64,000 nucleotides of DNA. It comes from Endomicrobiales bacterium. Lineage in GTDB: Bacteria > Elusimicrobiota > Endomicrobiia > Endomicrobiales > CAWCFT01. The stretch lies in NCBI GenBank assembly GCA_963794945.1, contig CAWCFT010000016.1:1-64000 (forward strand), written 5' to 3'. Positions 22,601-31,429 of this stretch are shown here, one piece after another. The notes beneath the pieces are model-generated. The model was given only the letters and a program-made list of their open reading frames with translations. It was not told where the DNA came from and searched no databases. The translations under genes were made by a program, and so were the position numbers. Within the stretch, counting starts at the first letter, position 1, and each line of letters starts with the position of its first letter.

Positions 22601-24720
22601 ATTGTTGTGGGTTGAGAAAGCGTAAGCGTGGGTACCACAGTAACTACCTGGCCGGTTATATTGTTCCATGTATTTACAGAGTCGGTTAATGTCGCTGGGT
22701 ACTGAAGAATTAATGTTGAGCCCGTTGTAACCAAATGCCCTGACACATATGTTATGGCGGGATTAAATGAAGAACCATAATACACATTCCCGCTGATTGT
22801 TATTGTGCTTGCGGCCGCGGCCTGAAAAGTCAGCGGGTTTGCCACATAATAACCTGTTGACGACCATGTCCCGCTGCCGGTAGTGGCCGCTGTCATTACA
22901 ATCTGGCTGCCTGTGATATAACCATAAGCCGACAAATTTCCTCCGACATAGAGGTTGCTGCCTGCTAAAGTTAAAGTGCCGCCGGGATAGGCGCTTAAAT
23001 TTCCGCATTTTGTGGGTTGAGAAAGCGTAACCACGCCGTAACCGGCTATATTGGGCCAGGTATTTGTGCTGTCGACTATCGTACAGTTGCCGACTAAATT
23101 TAATGTCGAGCCCGCTAAAGCCAAATTGCCTGACACATATGTCAAGGGAGAATTGTTCGCGCAGCCGTAATACACGTTCCCGCTGACTGTTATTGTGCTT
23201 GTGGCCGCGGCCTGAAACGTAAGCGGATTTCCAATATAATCAGCGGCGCCTGATGACGACCATGTCGCGTTGCCGGCAGTGCCTGTCATGATAATTGGAA
23301 CGGTGCCTGTGATCTCGCCGGAAGCCGTCAAACTTCCGCCTATAGTGAGGGAGTTCCCAGCCAAAGTTAAAACATAGCCGGGATAGCCGCTTAAACTTCC
23401 GCTTATTGTTGTGGGTTGAGAAAGCGTAAGCGTAGTGGTATAATAATTAGCTATATTATTCCAGGTGTTAGTGGCATCGGTCAAAGTAACGTTGCCATAG
23501 TAACCGTAGACATTTAAAGTCGAATTTGTGGTAGTTAAGTTAGCGCCGTTAGAATTAAGGGTTGTCCCACCGTAATAAACATTCCCTGAAATTGTCACAT
23601 TTCCGGTAATTGTAAGGTTATTATAGATAAAGCCGAGGCTGCCGGCGCTCCACGTTCCGCCTGTTAAACTTACACCAGCTGTTCCCATCAAATAACCGCC
23701 CGCCGCAACGCTTACGCCATTACCACAAACAAGGCTCGAGCCGTTGCCAGTATTCAAAGTAACAGGATAATTCGTTGTCACCAGCCCGCTTGCGGTAAGA
23801 TTTGAAAGCAAGGTGTCAGTTTGAGTTCCATAAAAAAATATATTGTTCCAGGTAATTCCATTTGTGTTTAAATTACTGCCGGCAAGATAGTTAAGGTAAA
23901 GCGTGGAGCCGGTTGTAACAACTCCATAAGTAGACGGCGTATAGGTTAAGGTTGGATAACTGGCTCCGCCAAAAACAAGATAGGAACCGTTTGAAATAGT
24001 GACTGTGCTTATACACGGGCAAATTGTCAATGGATTTGCAATTATAAATGTTGTGTTAACGCAGTTGAAAGCGCCGCCCTGCAGATAAATATTGGTGGTG
24101 CCTGCTGCTCCAGGGAGGGCTGAAACTGTCATGCCGTTGTTACAATACAGGTTTTTGTTCAACAAACTGGTTGCGGCTGAAAAAGTCGTTAATCCGGCAA
24201 CTGTAAAATTAGCGCCCAATGTAACGTTGCCGGCGCAAGCAAAATTAACGCTCCCGGGGAATACAGTGGTGTTATTGGGCGTAATAGTCACGGCGCCTGA
24301 TATAATCAGCTGTCCTGTTCCGACGCAGGCTCCTCCGGTTCCTGAAGGAAATTTGATAACGGCGCCGCTGTCGCCGTTTGTTACTGTAAGTATGGCGCCG
24401 CCGGAACCAAAATTAAGCGTGCCCGCGTAACCCGTGCAGTTCAATGAGCCGCAAATGCAGGAAGCGTCGGGTATGTAGCAGGTTGTTCCATTTGTCAGGG
24501 TTGTTGTTGAATTTTGGTCAAAATACACGGTATCGGCTGTTGTGGGCACCGCCGCGTTGTTCGGGCCGCCGCTCGTGGTTGACCAGTTGGTGGGCCCCGT
24601 AACGTCCCAGTTAGCGTTCAGGCCGCCGCCCACCCAATACCTGGCCGCGGCATGGGCATCCTTCGCCCAGCATGCGAGGCATAATAGGGCTGCTATTGTT
24701 AGTAAGAGTTTCCTGTTCAT
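13621..24720 (-). CDS. Giant (~3,700 aa) secreted surface protein/adhesin: beta-helix-like repeats, Ig-like repeats, FN3, C-terminal FlgD-Ig/T9SS-like sorting domain; frameshifts near 16630 and 14490
   Basis: Joins 16555..24780 (start MNRKLLL at 24720, signal peptide ending AHA), 14412..16637 and 13621..14445. Rejoined junctions read YYIAANINPN and GGTVVDCRYAIGTT. C-terminus is AYPNPF...IKIYDLYGHFV...WDGTDKNGSKVSMGGYIVKI. Confidence 0.88.
17500..20720 (-). repeat. Three tandem ~1,090-bp (~362-aa) Ig-like module repeats within the giant gene
   Basis: GAAATAGCTGGC(G/A)GGGCCGGC (AGPASYF) recurs near 20371, 19285 and 18193; each unit begins ITKL(G/M)F. Confidence 0.85.
21100..24100 (-). repeat. 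~390-bp (~130-aa) beta-helix-like repeats within the giant gene
   Basis: Near-identical DNA blocks (TGACACATATGT...CGCTGA(C/T)TGTTATTGTGCTTG(T/C)GGCCGCGGCCTGAAA) near 22315, 22711 and 23101, with more diverged copies near 21480, 21900 and 23510. Confidence 0.85.
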
Positions 24721-25068
24721 TTTACGTGCTCTAGTACAATAATTTCGAATACCTAATCTCGAATTTCGAAAGAAACTCAAATAACTAATCTCAAATCTCG
24801 AAAAACTTCAAAAACTAATCTCTTAATTTTAAGTTTTGCTGTTTTCTTTTTGCCTATTTGATATTTTTTCGGATTTCGATATTCGTGCCGACCAACTGCT
24901 AAATACTAATTGGAAGTACCCTTTAGGGTATTAGTGCTTCGAAATTGTCTATCTAAACATCGGCACAAACCCGCCTTTTGTGGGGCCTCTACAACATAAA
25001 TGTCAAATAGTAATTCGTTTTATCCCCATTTGCAACTACGAGGCCTGCTTCGCTAACAAACTTAATAC

Positions 25069-25269
25069 CTAATTTTCTCTTTTTTCGTAAGAAATAAACT
25101 TTCGCGCTACTATATTATCCGCTTTGACGCCCTTAATCATGTATACCCTTCTTCTTATTATATCTACCGCGTCAACACGGTCTGCGGGCTTCATGGCCAG
25201 CGCGCCGTCGAGCTGCCTTTTATCCGCTTCTTCAAAAGAATGAAATATCTCTGTAGGGACCTTTTTCAT
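25069..25269 (-). CDS. Small hypothetical protein paired with the nucleotidyltransferase
   Basis: 66 aa, CAGGAG RBS, SFEEAD...PADRV pattern, directly downstream of the NTase gene. Confidence 0.65.
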   Translation of the reverse strand: MKKVPTEIFHSFEEADKRQLDGALAMKPADRVDAVDIIRRRVYMIKGVKADNIVARKFISYEKREN

Positions 25270-25284
25270 AATGCAAATCTCCTG

Positions 25285-25782
25285 TTACTTCTTTTCTCTT
25301 GCTATTTTTAGCGTCTCATAGTCTCTCTGATCGGACGCCTTTTTGCGACCGCGGTGATCCATGTCTTTGACCAAACCCTTATTTTTAATAAGGTCGTTCA
25401 ATCCTATATAATAAGCAACTATACCGCCGTATTTCCCTTTTACCCTGTGCTGCATTATTTCACCGTCATCTAACCCCGTCAGCCCGTTGCAAAGCTCTAT
25501 CTGGTTAGGTTCATACCCTATGCGGACTATAACTGTTTTGTCTGTGTTAAAATAGTTGCTATCAATGCCTTCTCCATTAAATTCCCTTATTGCGGCTGCT
25601 ATTTTATTAGAATTATCTTTTGTATGCGCGATATAAAAATCTATATCTCCTGTAGAACGCGGCTCGGAATGGAACGAAACAGCGTATGCTCCGGTTATGC
25701 AATAATCCACCTTGTGTTTATTGAGGAGTTCTATAAATTCTTTAAAATCATTTTTTATTTCTATTTTATCTTTCATGACCAA
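25285..25782 (-). CDS. Pol-beta superfamily nucleotidyltransferase (DUF6036-like)
   Basis: DFKEFIELLNKH.V.Y...GAYAV..H..PRSTGDIDF...LIKNK...R...D..D. Confidence 0.8.
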   Translation of the reverse strand: MVMKDKIEIKNDFKEFIELLNKHKVDYCITGAYAVSFHSEPRSTGDIDFYIAHTKDNSNKIAAAIREFNGEGIDSNYFNTDKTVIVRIGYEPNQIELCNGLTGLDDGEIMQHRVKGKYGGIVAYYIGLNDLIKNKGLVKDMDHRGRKKASDQRDYETLKIAREKK

Positions 25783-26459
25783 CCGCCCTAAAACACTTTT
25801 TACGGGAACACCCGCGAAAAAAGCTTCGCGACATTTTCAATGTCAACAACACCTACAAAATCAATATCAACGACAACTTCCGCTGAGCCCCGACTTACTG
25901 GGCAGCTACAACATCAATATCAACTACTGCCGCAATTTGCGGCGCTTATAGAACATGAACAGCCGGCCGCGATCCTGCGCCTGTTCTGTACCGCAGACAG
26001 TTGGGAAGGTATAAAAGTTTTGTCCCGGGAAACTGAAAATGTGACGTCAAGCGCGCTAGCGCCCTGGTTGTCAGTTGAAACCGCGCCGATAGTAAGATTA
26101 TTTACAAATGAAGGAAGGAAAAAAATGAACGTAAAAAGTGTTGCAGTAAAGAAACGTTCTGATGTACTGTTGCATAAGATCTTCAGTACTAACTTTAGGC
26201 CGCGCTCTCTATGCAATAAGGCGCGTAACACAGGCCGGTTTAGCCGATTTTAACGCCTTGAATTGATGATTTTTGAAGATATTCTTATGTACTATATTTT
26301 AATAAATACTCGCTAAATAATCCAGATTTATTTTGTACCTCAAACAAATACAGCACGATAATGGCAAAATTATATCACTTTTGCATACATTAATCAATTA
26401 TTTTGATAGATTTTTTCAACCAGCGGGATATAAGGAAAGATTGTTTCAGGCAGCCTGGG

Positions 26460-27836
26460 TTAGTACTTGTAACTGCTGCCGCCTATGAACTCCCTTATTA
26501 GCGAGTTTGCGGGTACGGTGTCAACATCCTTGAACTCCTCGAATTCGCTCAGGAGGTCATAAACCCGCTTGGCCCTCATATAAGCGTCAAGCTTTCCGGC
26601 ATCGCTCTTGAACTTGGCAGCTATGGCTTTGAGGTACTTGAACAGGAAGGTCTTGTGGACCGGCAGTTCGTAAGGCAGGGCGCCGTTAAAAACATAATCC
26701 GCTTTGTTTATATACGGTACGATATATTTCTTTTCGCTTCTCCGTACATAGTGCCAGTGGCCCACAGTCTGCTCCGGGTTGTATGCCCTATGCCACGAAT
26801 CCCTCACCATGCGCCTGAGCATCCGCAGGTCCGCCCACCGGACAAACTCGCCTTTGCCGTCTTTTGTCTGGCACAAAGCCTCAATATAGAATTTGAATTT
26901 TCTTTCGTGAGGTACGCTCGAGGTCATCTGCGGAGAAAGACCGTGCAAACTGTCAATTAGCAGTATCTTGCCCGGCTCAAGTTTCATATCGAAAGCATCC
27001 AGCCTGCGTTTTCCAGTCTTGAAATCGTACTCAGGGGTTTTTACGGCTTTTCCCGCTATAAGTTTGCTTATGTGCTCGTTAATAAGCGGCATGTCCAGCG
27101 CTTCGGGCGTTTCAAAATCGTGGTCGCCGTATTCGTCTTTGGGGTGTTCTTCTAAGTTCCTGAAATAGTTATCTATGTTGAGCATAACAAAATCGAGGCC
27201 TTTGGCCTTTAGCTGTTCAGCTATCTTGGCCGTTGTGGTAGTCTTTCCGCTGGAAGACGGCCCCGCAACTATCACCAGCCTTATATCTCCCGCGGACTTG
27301 ATAATCTTTGCCGAAACCTTTTTAACCTCATCATGATACGCCTTTTCCGAATCTTCAACAAGCTTATGGAAACTCCCGTCCGTTATCCTGCGGTTAATCT
27401 TCTCTATGCTCTCGCAGCCGTGGTCAACGTTCCATGTGAACACTTTCCACAGAACCTTGTACGGAACGTTATCTTCCGCTATTATCCGCGAATCCTTTTC
27501 TTCCCGCAGGCGGGCGTGCTCGGCCCGGTAAAGTATATATGCCTTGGCTGTCTTGTAGTGCCTGTTCTCAACAAGGACCTTTTCTATAACGTCCTGTATC
27601 TCTTCTACGCTTGGGATCGATTCCACCGGGAACACCGCGTTTAGCATCCTTATCGTTTCTCCGGTCAGCGTTTCCGCGAGCGCTCGGTCCGTCCCCCCGA
27701 CGTCAACCGCGGCCCTGAAGATCGAATCGACTATTTTGCTCCTGTCGAACGCTACTATGCGCCCGTCGCGCTTGATGACCTGCTTTATTTTAATTCCTGA
27801 TATTTCACTCTCGGGGAAAAGCATTTCGGTGTTCAT
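26460..27836 (-). CDS. ATP-cone domain fused to a uridine kinase/phosphoribulokinase-family P-loop domain
   Basis: VIKRDGRIVAFDRSKI...VEEIQDVIEKVL...AKAYILYR (ATP cone); AGPSSSGKTT, IDNYF, DFETPEALD, DLRMLRRMVRD (udk-like). Confidence 0.88.
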   Translation of the reverse strand: MNTEMLFPESEISGIKIKQVIKRDGRIVAFDRSKIVDSIFRAAVDVGGTDRALAETLTGETIRMLNAVFPVESIPSVEEIQDVIEKVLVENRHYKTAKAYILYRAEHARLREEKDSRIIAEDNVPYKVLWKVFTWNVDHGCESIEKINRRITDGSFHKLVEDSEKAYHDEVKKVSAKIIKSAGDIRLVIVAGPSSSGKTTTTAKIAEQLKAKGLDFVMLNIDNYFRNLEEHPKDEYGDHDFETPEALDMPLINEHISKLIAGKAVKTPEYDFKTGKRRLDAFDMKLEPGKILLIDSLHGLSPQMTSSVPHERKFKFYIEALCQTKDGKGEFVRWADLRMLRRMVRDSWHRAYNPEQTVGHWHYVRRSEKKYIVPYINKADYVFNGALPYELPVHKTFLFKYLKAIAAKFKSDAGKLDAYMRAKRVYDLLSEFEEFKDVDTVPANSLIREFIGGSSYKY

Positions 27837-27837
27837 A

Positions 27838-29622
27838 TTATTTCACATACATCTTCGGGAGGCGTTTGAAAGTCACCCTTTTATGCTGCCTGCTAAATTT
27901 TTGTTCCTGCTGAATGCCCCTGGCGGTATTCTCGAGTTTTTCTATAGCTCTTTCATCTTTCCTGAGTTTCCCGGACATCCATTCAAAATCCTTTGTGACC
28001 TGCGTAATATCAATTCCCGTGGGAGTATACTTTTTTATCAATTGCCAGAGGAATTCAACGTCTTCTTTTGAGGCCAGCGTTCTAAGGCCGTACGGAAAAT
28101 AAGCGTTGTATTCCTGGCGCATCTGTTTTGCGTCCATGTACCGCGCCGGATTTATATCCAGACCGGCAAAAGTGCAAATAGCAAGCATTGATATCAGCAT
28201 CGGTATAAGCGCCGCGCTGCCAGTCTTTTTCTTGCGGTATTGAGGAATAACAACCCCGCGGCATTAAGTAATGGCACGATTGCCGATGAAAACACTAACA
28301 TCAATACCAGCGACAACGCCACAGCTGTCCTTAGGTTGAGGCTCGCCTGCCACGCGTGGAGCTCGTATGCCATAAGCACTGACGAAGATATAATAAAGCC
28401 CGCCAGCCCCGCCTTTTATATATGAAGGCAATATGCCTTTCGCCAGCCTCTTTTGAAAATTTTCGGCTTCGCTTTTAAGCGCCGGGATATTCTCTATTTT
28501 TTTGATAGCCTGCTGCACCGCAGCGGTTTCACCGCGGTTAAGCGTCTCCAGCCCGCTCATCAGGCGTGAATAAATTTCTTTAAGGAATTTTGATTCTATC
28601 TGTACTTTTTCTCCGGTTATCAGGAACCACGCCGAACCTTCAACGGCTCCGCTCTTGTACTTCATGTTGAAATAACTCTTCTTTTCAACCGCGAACGCTG
28701 TTTTGATGACCCTGCCGCCTGGAGGAACCTCCACCTGGTTGAGAAGTATATCAGCCTGGCCTTTAATTTCAACAGGCACGGCAGGCGTGCCCTGGCCCCC
28801 CGTGAATACCTTTTCGGTTTCATAGGAAACCGCGGGGAATTCCCCGTTAATAATAGTTTCTGGTATATCGGCGTTAGGAATGATCGTCTTTTCTTCTAAC
28901 TGCTTTGATATTATCTCTATACCTGAGCCCGAAACAAAATTCCCTTTTCCGGAGCACTCCAGGCAATCCTTACTGCCGGCTTCCGCGCAGTTAGGGCAGG
29001 GGATCCTTCCTTTGCCTCCGCACTCGCCGCACTGGTTGTATCCGTTCTTACAATCTTTGCACGGGGCGCTGCCTTTCCCATCGCACACCGTGCATTCCAC
29101 ATAAGCCTGCTGGGCGTTGGAATATACTTTTCCCCTGCCTTCACAGGCCTGACAGTTTATTTTCAGTGTTTTCCTGCATTTCGGGCACACTATCTTCCCG
29201 TCGCCGTGGCAGCTTTGGCAATAAACCGATTTCTGTCCCTGACACTCGGGGCATGTGAATTTTCCCGTGCCACCGCACTTAGCGCACGGCATCGATACCG
29301 TTGAATAGGGTATCTCCACGATGTTTTTACCGTCAACAAGATCGTTCGCCGCCCCGATTTCTATTGACCGAACATCGATCTCGCCCGCGGGCGGCACCGG
29401 CTGAGCGGCGGCAGGCGCCGTCTTGGCTCCCGGCCTTTTAAACTGTTTCAACGTTCTTGTCTGCACTTCAGCTTTGACCACCAGCCTGCGGAGGGGATAC
29501 TCTGATATTTCAATGATATCGATCGGCGCGGTGTCTAACCCTTTAAGATGGCTGCCCAGCCATCCGGAAAGTTTTTCCTTTATGCCTTTTATCTGGATAG
29601 GGTCGCTAATAATGTTCTTCAT
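27838..29622 (-). CDS. DnaJ-type CxxCxGxG repeat Zn-finger protein with C-terminal membrane segments and no J domain; probably one gene with two frameshifts
   Basis: Ten CxxC motifs in 28264..29622. Overlapping ORFs 28194..28379 and 27838..28200 supply hydrophobic helices and the C-terminus. Confidence 0.65.
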
Positions 29623-29659
29623 CTTGAGGTTGTGCGGGTGTGCTGTTAAGCCTGTACTG

Positions 29660-30132
29660 TCATTCCAGCATGTAATCTTCGAAAGGGATATTTTTCGCTT
29701 TCAGCTCCTGCTTCCAGAGCTCCTTGGCTTCAGGCATTTTTTTGCGAGCGAGCTTGACCCATTTTGATTCGGGAGGAGAGAAGAGCTCTACAACGGTCTG
29801 ATACCAGAACATACGCGTACTTTATGGAGCTCTCCCTGAGCTTCTGCCCTTTGGTAAATTCCAGTATCTCCATCCTCTTGTCGTATTCGTCTTTGTCAAT
29901 CTTGCCCTTTGATAAGTTGTTGTCGTATTTCTGCTTTTCTTTAGCGTACCAATCCGCTACATCTGCCTCTTTAAGTTTCGGGTTCTGGTACCAGGACATA
30001 TATTTTTCGCCTTCTAGATAGGCCGTCCTGGCGCGCAGCACAACATCCACATAAACAAGTACGTAAACCGCGACGACACACGCCAGCAGCGGCAACAATT
30101 TTGAACCATTTTTTGGAAAACAACTCTTTCAT
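29660..30132 (-). CDS. Single-TM hypothetical protein; frameshifted
   Basis: ATG 30132 (MKELFSKKWFK), core ORF 29730..30098, shifted tail ...KIPFEDYMLE ending at TGA 29660. Confidence 0.6.
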
Positions 30133-30171
30133 TTTTTTGCTCCGTTCAAGTTATTCAGGCCACTTGAGAGC

Positions 30172-31263
30172 TCACCGGCCCCCGTCCCGAACATTATCTG
30201 ACAGAACAGTTTCCAAAGCAGAAAAGTGTCGATTATAGACCACACGAGAGAGAAAGAATGTAATGTCCAAAAGGATGAAAAAATTAGTTGAAAGGAAGTC
30301 GCGAGCCGAATTATATGATTCGGCTATCCTCTCTATCTTGGTCTCGACCGTTTTATAAAGGTCGTCTATATTGAAAACCTTGTTAACGTTCTGGTGAAGA
30401 ATGCTAAGGTGCCAGTCGGATTCTACCTTTGGCACGTTGGATACAACGTTGTACAAAGAATCGACTATGCTTATCTTGTCCCTGTCGAAATCGAGCGCCT
30501 CGGTGGAAAAGTGCTGGTACGCGCCGGGTATTTTCCAGAACTCGTAATAGGGCGGAAGTTTGCCCAAAAGTTTCTGGCTCTCCTCGAGCTCGTGGTCAAG
30601 TATGAAATTGTAAGACCTCAGCGACCAGTACTGGGCGAAAGCGAGCTTGATCATCTCCATAATAGTCGATGACTCTTCCGAGTACACTACAGCACCGAAA
30701 CGTTTTATCAGTATCATCTCGTTCTCGTAGTAACCCAGGTTGACAAGTTTTTCCTGTTCCAGTACAAAGTCGGAAAGTGAATCGTAACGTTCTTCCGCGG
30801 CGAGAAGCCCGAAGAGGGCCTTCTGGTGTTTTTTTATAAACCCGTCAGCGTTCTCTGAGGGCGGCTCGGAAAATACGAAGATCGGCAGTATCTCGCCTTC
30901 AGCGAGCCTTCTTTCGTAACGGTAGGTAGCGTATTTGCTCGCGCGGGCTATCAAACCGTCAACCAGCGACTGGCAGTATGTTTTGATACTTGTCTTTCCG
31001 GCTCGGACCGTATCGATCCTGGTGCTGAGCTTGGCAAGGTATTCAATGTCTTCGTCCACCTCGAACGATACTTGAATGATGCCAACGCCGAATTTGTAAA
31101 CCTGCGTTGAGAATTCGGTCTGCGAAAATATCTTGCCGTCCGCGGAGACTACGCCCATGCGGCGCGCGGAGATCTCCTTGAAGAAATTCATGGCGTCTTT
31201 GCCGGTGAAATCGAGCTCAAGGCCCATGTCGAACGGGAACAGAAGGTTGACTTTTGAGCGCAT
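30172..31263 (-). CDS. Hypothetical protein, helical with a C-terminal TM (weak CorA/DUF155-like layout)
   Basis: Start MRSKVNLLFPFD (ATG 31263, GAGGA RBS); hydrophobic end NFFILLDITFFLS is probably frameshifted. Confidence 0.65.
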   Translation of the reverse strand: MRSKVNLLFPFDMGLELDFTGKDAMNFFKEISARRMGVVSADGKIFSQTEFSTQVYKFGVGIIQVSFEVDEDIEYLAKLSTRIDTVRAGKTSIKTYCQSLVDGLIARASKYATYRYERRLAEGEILPIFVFSEPPSENADGFIKKHQKALFGLLAAEERYDSLSDFVLEQEKLVNLGYYENEMILIKRFGAVVYSEESSTIMEMIKLAFAQYWSLRSYNFILDHELEESQKLLGKLPPYYEFWKIPGAYQHFSTEALDFDRDKISIVDSLYNVVSNVPKVESDWHLSILHQNVNKVFNIDDLYKTVETKIERIAESYNSARDFLSTNFFILLDITFFLSRVVYNRHFSALETVLSDNVRDGGR

Positions 31264-31287
31264 ATGTTTGTCCTCAAAGGATATATT

Positions 31288-31426
31288 GAGATTATTAAAA
31301 AACCCTAATAATCTTCGATTACAGTGATAAAAATACAAGATTACGGAGATTCCAAGCCTCTAATCACTGTAATCGTTGTTAATAATCACCGTAATCAGGA
31401 TAGTTGATTGCTATTTCAACTATCTT
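31288..31426 (+). mobile_element. ~140-bp MITE-like intergenic repeat, copy 1
   Basis: Aligns end to end with the reverse complement of 35261..35399. Internal GATTAC..GAT / AATC..GTAATC palindromic units; imperfect terminal inverted repeats. Confidence 0.7.
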
Positions 31427-31429
31427 ATA

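Noticed and set aside
21100..24100. Diversity-generating retroelement acting on the adhesin repeats
   Set aside because: No reverse transcriptase or separate template repeat is visible, and the differences include indels rather than adenine-specific substitutions.
24720..25060. c-di-GMP riboswitch upstream of the giant gene
   Set aside because: I could not find the class I GGCAAA...GAAA...GACGCAAAG consensus; only generic inverted repeats are present.
25853..25924. Possible mini CRISPR array
   Set aside because: Only two 19-bp non-palindromic repeats, and no cas genes in the window.
25920..26231. 103-aa minus-strand ORF with one hydrophobic stretch
   Set aside because: No clear RBS or motif, and an overlapping opposite-strand ORF of similar size; it cannot be supported as a gene.
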